From: Candidatus Omnitrophota bacterium
GTDB taxonomy: Bacteria; Omnitrophota; Gorgyraeia; Zapsychrales; Zapsychraceae
Assembly: GCA_015233115.1 (NCBI GenBank)
Contig: JADFYJ010000001.1
Coordinates: forward strand, 195,084 to 259,083
Direction of reading: 5' to 3'
Length of the DNA stretch: 64,000 bases
Position 1 is the stretch's first letter. Each line of letters starts with the position of its first letter. The notes under the pieces are model-generated. The model saw only the letters and a program-made list of their open reading frames with translations, had not been told where the DNA came from and made no database searches. This document shows positions 56,843 to 64,000 of the stretch, piece by piece. A program made the position numbers and the translations under genes.

Positions 56843-58431
56843 TTCTCATGATTGATAATTATGATTCATTTACCTATAACGTGGTCCAGCTGATCAGTAA
56901 ATTGGGTTATACAGTAAAAACTGTGCGTAACGACGAGATCACAATTAAAGAAATTGAAAAATTAAAGCCTTCGCATATTGTAATATCTCCCGGGCCAGGT
57001 TATCCCAAAGACGCGGGGATCAGTCTTAAAGTCATTAAATATTTTGCTGGAAAAATTCCGATTCTTGGCGTTTGCTTAGGGCATCAATGTATTATTGAAG
57101 CGTTTGGCGGCAAAATTATTTCTGCCGGTAAAATCGTGCACGGCAAAACCTCCAAAATCATTCATGACAGCAAAGGTCTTTTTCGCAATATTCCTCAGAG
57201 TCTGGATGTAGTCCGGTATCATTCTCTGGCCGGTGATCCTGAAGCTATGCCTGAATGCCTGGAAACCACAGCCCAGACAGAAGACGGCACTATCATGGGC
57301 GTGCGGCATAAAGATTACCAAATTGTGGGTGTACAATTTCATCCAGAATCAATCGGCACTCAAAAAGGTGAAGAGATAATGAAAAACTTTTTTCATTATC
57401 GCAGTGAAGAAGCGCAAGCTGTTAAATTGATTACAAAGGTTTCCCGCGACGAAAATCTGGATGCCAAAGAGAGTTATCACATGATGGATGAAATCACTTC
57501 CGGTGAATTAGCAGATAGTCAGCTCGGAACATTTTTAGGCGCATTGGCTGTCAAAGGCATTACTCCGGTAGAACTCAGTAGTTTTGTGCAATTGTTGCGT
57601 GACAAAGCCGGAGTGAAAACTTCGATCAGGGGTGCCTTAGATACATGCGGGACTGGCGGTGACGGAAAACACACGTTTAACATCTCAACTGCTGCGGCAT
57701 TATTATGCGCGTTTTCCGGCATCAAAGTTGCTAAACACGGTAACCGCGCTATCAGCTCTAAGTCCGGCAGTTTTGATTTTTTAAATAGTTTAGGAATCAA
57801 TACCCAAGGCGACATTGTTGAAAACATTAAATCCCTGAATAAAAATAATTTCGCGTTCTTTTTCGCGCCGAATTATCATTCTGCCATGAAGTATGTGGCT
57901 AAAGTCCGGCAGGAAATAAAGATCCGCACAGTTTTTAACATGATCGGCCCTTTGGCAAATCCGCTGGCATTAGATTATCAACTCGTCGGTATTTTTGATC
58001 CAAAATTGCTTGATCTGTTTGCTGAGTCTATGAAACGACTTGGCAGGAAACACGCGATGGTGGTTCACTCCACTGACGGCTTAGATGAAATCAGCATATC
58101 CGCAAAAACATTAGTGAAAGAATTAATGCGTGATGGCACAATCATTTCTTATGAAATAAACCCGGCTGATTTTGGCATCAAAAATTATAAATTGTCCGAC
58201 ATAGAAGGCGCTTCAGCTAATGACAATGTGGAATTATTTTATAAAATTATTTCCGGCAAAAAACTTACGCATAAAGAAACTGCCGTGAAAATCGCCATAG
58301 CCTTAAATGCCGGAGCAGCGATGTATATTTGTGAGTTAAGTCCAACGATTAAAGATGGGTATAAATTAGCGCTTAAAAAAATTGAAGATAAAAAATTTAT
58401 TTTATATTTGAATCATTTAAAAAATTCTTAA
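56839..58431 (+). CDS. trpGD: anthranilate synthase component II fused to anthranilate phosphoribosyltransferase
   Basis: IDNYDSF, GVCLGHQ and FHPES motifs, then DTCGTGGD and KHGN. Confidence 0.95.
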   Translation: MILMIDNYDSFTYNVVQLISKLGYTVKTVRNDEITIKEIEKLKPSHIVISPGPGYPKDAGISLKVIKYFAGKIPILGVCLGHQCIIEAFGGKIISAGKIVHGKTSKIIHDSKGLFRNIPQSLDVVRYHSLAGDPEAMPECLETTAQTEDGTIMGVRHKDYQIVGVQFHPESIGTQKGEEIMKNFFHYRSEEAQAVKLITKVSRDENLDAKESYHMMDEITSGELADSQLGTFLGALAVKGITPVELSSFVQLLRDKAGVKTSIRGALDTCGTGGDGKHTFNISTAAALLCAFSGIKVAKHGNRAISSKSGSFDFLNSLGINTQGDIVENIKSLNKNNFAFFFAPNYHSAMKYVAKVRQEIKIRTVFNMIGPLANPLALDYQLVGIFDPKLLDLFAESMKRLGRKHAMVVHSTDGLDEISISAKTLVKELMRDGTIISYEINPADFGIKNYKLSDIEGASANDNVELFYKIISGKKLTHKETAVKIAIALNAGAAMYICELSPTIKDGYKLALKKIEDKKFILYLNHLKNS

Positions 58432-58465
58432 GATTACGCATGCTATAGCTTAAGAAAATATCTGG

Positions 58466-58580
58466 AGCGCAACGGGCGACGTTTCAACCAAGTCCTTCGC
58501 TCAAACAGCTGAGCCGAAGCGGCTCAGAACTCGCTCTGGGACTCGGTTTCCACTCTGCCCTGAGCAAATTGAATGCGCTT
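58466..58580. repeat. structured intergenic motif (TTCGCTCAAACA type), copy 2
   Basis: Compensatory stem changes relative to copy 1. Confidence 0.7.
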
Positions 58581-58634
58581 GGGACCGGCATGCTGTATGT
58601 TTAAAATAATTATTTCTATTTTAAAGGTTAATAA

Positions 58635-59843
58635 ATGTCAAAATATTTCGGACAATTTGGCGGTCAATATACTGGCGAAGTTTTAAAACCAGCTTTAGCT
58701 GAGCTTGAAGCCGCGTTTTTAAATATTTTGCCGACCGAAGAGTTTCAGAAAGAATATCATATTTTACTGCGTGATTACGTCGGACGTCCTACGCCGCTAT
58801 ATTTCGCGGAACGGACCACCAAAGACTTGAATGGCGCAAAAGTTTATATCAAATTAGAAGGACTGGCCAATACTGGCGCGCATAAGATTAACAATGCTTT
58901 AGGGCAAGTTTTATTAGCCCAAAAAATGGGAAAGACCCGGGTCATTGCGGAAACCGGAGCAGGACAACATGGTGTGGCCACAGCCGCAGCCGCAGCCAAA
59001 CTTGGACTGGCCTGCGAAGTATTCATGGGAGAAGTTGATGTTGCCCGCCAACAGCCAAATGTTTTTTTAATGAAACAATACGGTGCGAAAGTGACGCCGG
59101 TTTCTGATGGTACACGCACGCTTAAAGACGCGGTCAACCGCACCTTAAAAGAATGGGCAGGTTGTTCCTCGGACACATTATACATTTTGGGTTCAGCTTT
59201 AGGCCCTTATCCCTATCCGGATATGGTCCGCACATTTCAGCAAATTATTGGTCAGGAAATCCGCCAATCAATTTTAGAAAGGGAAGGGCGTTTACCCGAT
59301 ATGCTGATTGCCTGTTGCGGCGGAGGTTCTAATTCTATCGGCACATTTACGCCATTTATAAATGACACAGTTTCTCTTGTCGCGGTAGAGGCAGGCGGAA
59401 AGGGAAAACATTTAGGCGATCACGCGGTTCGCATGAATGGTAACGGCCATCTAGGAATTATTGAAGGCTACAAATCATTTTTTATACAAAATGGCGAAGG
59501 ACAAGTTTTACCGACCCATTCTATTTCAGCTGGTTTAGATTACGCTGGCATCGGACCAGAATTAGCCTTTTTAGGAGAGAAGGGCAGAATTAAATTCGAA
59601 AGCGCGACTGACACGGAAGTTTTAAACGCGTACCAATATTTTGCCCAAAAAGAAGGTTTATTATTCGCCATGGAATCTGCTCATGCCGCGGCCTATGCTT
59701 TGCGAATAGTTCCCAAATTGACCAAAGAAGCTATCGTCTGCATCACCATGTCTGGACGAGGCGATAAAGATATTTTTATTACGGCGAAAGAATTGTATAA
59801 AGCAGAATGGATTAAATTCTTAAAAAATGAATGTGAAAAATAA
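58635..59843 (+). CDS. trpB: tryptophan synthase beta chain
   Basis: GAHKINN, AETGAGQHG and SAGLDY motifs. Confidence 0.97.
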   Translation: MSKYFGQFGGQYTGEVLKPALAELEAAFLNILPTEEFQKEYHILLRDYVGRPTPLYFAERTTKDLNGAKVYIKLEGLANTGAHKINNALGQVLLAQKMGKTRVIAETGAGQHGVATAAAAAKLGLACEVFMGEVDVARQQPNVFLMKQYGAKVTPVSDGTRTLKDAVNRTLKEWAGCSSDTLYILGSALGPYPYPDMVRTFQQIIGQEIRQSILEREGRLPDMLIACCGGGSNSIGTFTPFINDTVSLVAVEAGGKGKHLGDHAVRMNGNGHLGIIEGYKSFFIQNGEGQVLPTHSISAGLDYAGIGPELAFLGEKGRIKFESATDTEVLNAYQYFAQKEGLLFAMESAHAAAYALRIVPKLTKEAIVCITMSGRGDKDIFITAKELYKAEWIKFLKNECEK

Positions 59844-59864
59844 AATGTGATAAAAGATGCTGTT

Positions 59865-59993
59865 GTAGGGGCGATCTCCTGATCGCCCGCACTATAAAAG
59901 ATTTATAAATTATCATTTCGGTTTTTTTTGTTTGTATTTTTGAAATAAAAAAGCGAATATTTTGTAAACGGGCGATCAGGAGATCGCCCCTAC
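59865..59993. repeat. GTAG-type REPIN (inverted REP pair)
   Basis: GTAGGGGCGATCTCCTGATCGCCCG and its exact reverse complement at 59969-59993. Confidence 0.85.
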
Positions 59994-60135
59994 GACCAAG
60001 GACGCAATGTCCGCGTAGTGCTGGAAGCTCCTGCGAGCAGTGCGACCAAGGACGCAATGTCCGCGTAGTGCTGGAAGCTCCTGCGAGCAGTGCGACCAAG
60101 GACGCAATGTCCGCGTAGTGCTGAAGCTCCTGCGA
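59993..60135. repeat. 50-bp GC-rich tandem repeat, ~2.9 copies
   Basis: CGACCAAGGACGCAATGTCCGCGTAGTGCTGGAAGCTCCTGCGAGCAGTG at 59993 and 60043, with a partial copy at 60093. Confidence 0.95.
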
Positions 60136-60175
60136 ATGGCACAAAAATATATTAAAATTGTCAAAAACACAAAAT

Positions 60176-60937
60176 ATGACACAAAAGAATTTATCTATGC
60201 GTATTATGTCGCACTTAGTTGCCGGTTTTCCAAATCACGACGGATTTCTTCAGGCTCTAAAAGCTTTGAAAGACGGCGGCGCAGATACTTTAGAATTGCA
60301 GATTCCATTTTCTGATCCTACAGCTGACGGTCCATCCATTACTTTTGCCAATGAAGAAGCAATACGACAGGGATTTCATGTGCCGCAAATTTTTGACTAC
60401 ATCAAAGAAGCCCAAAAAATCGGGTTTGAACGAATAGTCGTCATGACCTACGCGAATATTCCTTTTGTTTATGGGATAAAAAAATATGTTCAGGACATGA
60501 AAAAAGCTGGCGTGACTGCTATTTTAGCGCCCGATTTACCCTTGGACGACGAAGAAGGATTTTATCAAGCATCTTTTGACACAGGCATTGACCCTATGCC
60601 GGTTGCTGTCGTCAATATGTCTGCCGCGCGTTTACAATTAATAAAACAAAAACCATTCAAAAAAATTTACGTGGCCATAAGAGCAGGGACAACCGGAAAA
60701 CAAACAGTATTAGATGAAAATATTAAAAATATTCTTCAACAGCTCAAGGACTATGAAATTTACGCGGGTTTCGGCATTAGAACCAATCAACAAATTCAAG
60801 AACTTTCCAAATACGCTGACGTCTCAGTAGTGGGTTCTTTTTTCACAGAAACCATTATTAATGCCGTCCAACAAAAATCCGATATCTACACCCAAGTCAA
60901 AGCCGCGATTTCAAGCTTGATAAACCCGATATCTTAA
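60176..60937 (+). CDS. trpA: tryptophan synthase alpha chain
   Basis: LELQIPFSDPTADGP, MTYAN, PDLP and GFGI motifs; start uncertain (60158, 60176 or 60197). Confidence 0.93.
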   Translation: MTQKNLSMRIMSHLVAGFPNHDGFLQALKALKDGGADTLELQIPFSDPTADGPSITFANEEAIRQGFHVPQIFDYIKEAQKIGFERIVVMTYANIPFVYGIKKYVQDMKKAGVTAILAPDLPLDDEEGFYQASFDTGIDPMPVAVVNMSAARLQLIKQKPFKKIYVAIRAGTTGKQTVLDENIKNILQQLKDYEIYAGFGIRTNQQIQELSKYADVSVVGSFFTETIINAVQQKSDIYTQVKAAISSLINPIS

Positions 60938-60954
60938 TTTACAATTAAACTTCT

Positions 60955-61221
60955 ATGTTAGGCCTTAAAGAATTAATTCAAGTATTTGTGCATATTAAGG
61001 ACGAGAAAGAGATGAAGCAACTCTTTCATGAAATCTTTACTGAAAAAGAGCGGGAAACTTTATCTGACCGCTGGCTTTTGATGAAAGAAATTCACAACAA
61101 TACTCCACAACGGAAAATCGCGGAAAAATTTCACATGAGTTTATGCAAAATCACCCGCGGAGCAAAAGTTTTACACGAAAAAAAATCTATTTGTAAAAAA
61201 ATATTGGATGCGAAAAATTAA
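60955..61221 (+). CDS. trpR: Trp repressor (TrpR/YerC family)
   Basis: FT.KE...L.DRW...PQRKIA....SL.KITRG motif. Confidence 0.88.
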   Translation: MLGLKELIQVFVHIKDEKEMKQLFHEIFTEKERETLSDRWLLMKEIHNNTPQRKIAEKFHMSLCKITRGAKVLHEKKSICKKILDAKN

Positions 61222-61222
61222 C

Positions 61223-62962
61223 ATGGAACTTTTATCAGGTAATGAAGCCATCAGCCGTGGTGCCTACGAAGCAGGCGTCACTTTAGCCGCGGGATATCCG
61301 GGCACACCATCAACGGAAATTCTAGAAGATATCGTCAAATATAAAGACGCGATCTATGCGGAGTGGTCTCCTAATGAAAAAGTCGCCTTCGAAGTCGCAT
61401 CTGCCGCAGCCATGTCTGGCGCGCGATCTTTAGTCACCATGAAACACGTGGGCTTAAACGTGGCTGCTGATCCTTTGATGACTTTGGCCTATATTGGTGT
61501 TAAAGGCGGCATGGTGGTCGTAGTTGCCGATGATCCGGGCATGCATTCGTCTCAAAATGAACAAGACAGCCGTCATTACGCGCGTTTCGCGAAAGTGCCG
61601 ATGCTCGAGCCATCTGACAGCCAGGAAGCCAAAGATTTTATGCTGAAAGCCTATGAGCTTTCTGAGCAATTTGGAACACCAGTCATTTTACGTACTGAAA
61701 CCCGCATCAGCCATTCACGCAGTTTGGTTAATCTGGGAAACCGCCGTCTGGCAAACAAGGTTGATTTTATAAAAGATCAAAGTCAGTTTGTCATGGTTCC
61801 GATGTGGGCCAGAGGACGTCGCGTGCAATTGGAAGGACGTCTCAAAAAAATGCAGGAAAATGCCTGCCAATCTGACCTGAACAGAATGGAAATGAATGAC
61901 ACATCTTTCGGAATTATTACTTCTGGCGTTACTTATCAATACGTCAAAGAAGTCTGGCCCAATGCGTCAATTTTGAAACTTGGTTTTGTTTATCCTTTTC
62001 CTGACGAATTAATCCGTCAATTTGCGTCAAAAGTTAAAACCATACTGGTTGTCGAACAACTGGATAATTTTATCGAAGAACATGTCAAATCTTTAGGTAT
62101 CGCATGCCAGGGAAAAAATTATATTCCCAATATCGGCGAACTATCGCCATCAGTTTTATCTGACGTAAAAGCCAAAATGGAATCAACTTCAACCGCACAA
62201 GTACCTTTCAAAAATATTGCGGAACAACTTCCCGGCCGGCCGCCGGTGTTATGCGCAGGATGCCCGCACCGTGGAATATTCCATGCCTTAAAAAACCATG
62301 ATGTCGTTGTTGCAGGCGATATTGGTTGTTACAGTTTAGGAACTTTTAAACCATTGTCGCAATTGGATATTATTTTGTGCATGGGCGGCGGCATATCCAT
62401 GGCACACGGCATTCAAAAAGCTAGCAATGCCAAAAAAGTCGTCGGAGTTATCGGAGATTCAACGTTTTTCCATTCGGGCATAACAGGTTTGGTTGATATT
62501 GTTTATAACAAAGGCACATCAACCATTATCGTGCTGGATAACCGTATTACAGGCATGACCGGCCATCAGGAAAACCCGGGGAGCGGACTCACTTTAATGG
62601 GAGAATCAACACACGCCATTTCAATTGCGGATATAGGACGAGCATGCGGAGTAAAGCGTATTTTTGAAATCAATCCCTACGACCAGAAACATACCCAGCA
62701 AATCATTGCACAAGAGATCGCGGTTGATGAACCATCTTTGATCATTTCCAAAGCGGCCTGTGTTTTGCATGTAAAAAAACCGGTCAGCCCACAACGGTAT
62801 ATTGATCAGGATACATGCAAAAATTGCCGTCAGTGTTTAAAATTAGGATGCCCAGCCATAGAAGCAGGCGAAGGCAAGCCGCATGTTAATCCCTACACCT
62901 GCATGGGTTGTACACTGTGTCAGCAGGTTTGCAAGTTTGATTCAATACACGAGATAAAGTAA
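61223..62962 (+). CDS. iorA: indolepyruvate:ferredoxin oxidoreductase alpha subunit
   Basis: GNEA, YPGTPSTE, MKHVGLNVAAD, CAGCPH and GDST motifs; C-terminal 2x[4Fe-4S]. Confidence 0.95.
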   Translation: MELLSGNEAISRGAYEAGVTLAAGYPGTPSTEILEDIVKYKDAIYAEWSPNEKVAFEVASAAAMSGARSLVTMKHVGLNVAADPLMTLAYIGVKGGMVVVVADDPGMHSSQNEQDSRHYARFAKVPMLEPSDSQEAKDFMLKAYELSEQFGTPVILRTETRISHSRSLVNLGNRRLANKVDFIKDQSQFVMVPMWARGRRVQLEGRLKKMQENACQSDLNRMEMNDTSFGIITSGVTYQYVKEVWPNASILKLGFVYPFPDELIRQFASKVKTILVVEQLDNFIEEHVKSLGIACQGKNYIPNIGELSPSVLSDVKAKMESTSTAQVPFKNIAEQLPGRPPVLCAGCPHRGIFHALKNHDVVVAGDIGCYSLGTFKPLSQLDIILCMGGGISMAHGIQKASNAKKVVGVIGDSTFFHSGITGLVDIVYNKGTSTIIVLDNRITGMTGHQENPGSGLTLMGESTHAISIADIGRACGVKRIFEINPYDQKHTQQIIAQEIAVDEPSLIISKAACVLHVKKPVSPQRYIDQDTCKNCRQCLKLGCPAIEAGEGKPHVNPYTCMGCTLCQQVCKFDSIHEIK

Positions 62963-62973
62963 ATCATGAAAAA

Positions 62974-63146
62974 GTCACAAAGTCACACGTCACAAGGTCA
63001 CAAAGGAAAATTTTGTTTAAAAACAAAACAAAAAGCGAATGATTAAATTTTGTTTTTTTAGTTTATTTATTTTTCTTATTGTTTGAGGTGTTATTTTTTT
63101 AATCTTTATTAGCCTTTGTGACATTGTGACTTTGTGTCCTTGTGAC
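62974..63146. repeat. GTCACAA 8-mer inverted tandem-array element, copy 3 (between iorA and iorB)
   Basis: Four left and four right units; spacer ends resemble copy 1. Confidence 0.85.
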
Positions 63147-63166
63147 TTTTTAAAAAGGATCTGTTT

Positions 63167-63751
63167 ATGTCAAACGATACTATCGTTAGCATTGTTATCG
63201 CCGGTGTCGGCGGCCAGGGGATTTTGTTGGCTAGTGACATTACTGCCTTGGCAGCACTCAATGCCGGCTTTGATGTTAAAACCAATGAAGTTCATGGCAT
63301 GGCGCAAAGAGGAGGGTCAGTTATCGGGCAAATCCGCTATGGAAAAAAAGTTTACAGCCCATTAGTGAAAAAAGGCACAGCTCAAGTTTTAGCAGGGTTA
63401 GAACGGATTGAAATTTTGCGTTACGCGGAATATCTCGCGAAAGACGGATTGGCGGTCGTGAATAGCCAAATGATCATACCTGTTACAGTTTCTATGGGCG
63501 TATCAAAATATCCGGCTGACGCAAAACAATTACTTGAATCTACTTTTCCCAGATTAGTTTATTTCGATGCCGGCGTAGAAGCCGCAAAATTAGGCAACAT
63601 TAAAGCCGCCAATGTGGTGCTTTTAGGCGCCATATCCAATGGAATCGGTCTGCCATTAGAAGCATGGACTGGAGCCATCACCAAACGCGTCCCGCAAAAA
63701 TTCCTTGATCTCAACATTAAAGCGTTTATGGCAGGAAGAAATTACAAATAA
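63167..63751 (+). CDS. iorB: indolepyruvate:ferredoxin oxidoreductase beta subunit
   Basis: GVGGQGILL and EVHGMAQRGGSV motifs. Confidence 0.95.
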   Translation: MSNDTIVSIVIAGVGGQGILLASDITALAALNAGFDVKTNEVHGMAQRGGSVIGQIRYGKKVYSPLVKKGTAQVLAGLERIEILRYAEYLAKDGLAVVNSQMIIPVTVSMGVSKYPADAKQLLESTFPRLVYFDAGVEAAKLGNIKAANVVLLGAISNGIGLPLEAWTGAITKRVPQKFLDLNIKAFMAGRNYK

Positions 63752-63752
63752 T

Positions 63753-63998
63753 TTAAATAATTTTCCAATATTCGGCTGGTGGGATAATAAGAATATTTTG
63801 GTATTTTTTAAGCATGGTTAAATCTTTGTCACCAGAGATGATCATATCAATTTTATTCAGCAATGCATCAGCTAAAATTTGATTATCATTCGGATCCCGG
63901 CATATATCTATTATTTCAGAGGCTTTTTCGCCCTTAGTCCCATATTTTTTAAAAAGTTCAACTACAGAATGGATCACAGGGAGGCTTAAATCAAATTT
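63753..63998 (-). CDS. PIN-domain putative TA toxin, 3' part (5' end outside window)
   Basis: CRDPNDN.IL..A...DMIISGDKDL motif; the frame stays open to the window edge. Confidence 0.85.
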   Translation of the reverse strand, partial: KFDLSLPVIHSVVELFKKYGTKGEKASEIIDICRDPNDNQILADALLNKIDMIISGDKDLTMLKKYQNILIIPPAEYWKII

Positions 63999-64000
63999 CT

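Noticed and set aside
59993-60135. Possible CRISPR array
   Set aside because: Units are contiguous and identical with no variable spacers, and there are no cas genes in the window.
59812-60315. Short ORFs across the trpB-trpA gap
   Set aside because: They are translations of the REPIN and the 50-bp repeat.

Overview
A low-GC, gene-dense stretch of chromosome from a diderm bacterium (TolC, TonB-dependent receptor and beta-barrel genes; anaerobe-type Hcp and IOR), with almost all genes on the + strand. The standout locus is 1.7-7.6 kb, a divergent Fap-like (functional amyloid secretion) operon. It encodes two secreted Asn/Gln-repeat proteins, a FapD-like C39 peptidase and a FapF-like beta-barrel. 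The large subunit carries a ~730-aa Ser/Ala-rich insert whose hydrophobic residues mirror each other at a fixed register (i + j = 974), suggesting a single giant antiparallel beta-hairpin. Three of the four proteins share a double-glycine-leader-like motif. The rest of the window holds OYE and MATE genes, a murein-peptide recycling trio, two RND efflux loci, an aminotransferase/HAD/GNAT/EamA cluster, glgX, a metal ABC transporter, a c-di-AMP riboswitch upstream of uppP and a KimA-like transporter, a PEPCK-like gene, pabB-pabC, rrf2-ferredoxin-hcp, RNA/DNA repair genes, a trp operon lacking trpC/trpF followed by trpR and iorAB, and a partial PIN toxin. Several intergenic repeat families occur: REP/REPIN, 8-mer inverted tandem arrays, a covarying hairpin motif and a 50-bp tandem repeat. 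No rRNA, tRNA, CRISPR array or intact transposase was seen. All calls were made by eye, without database searches.
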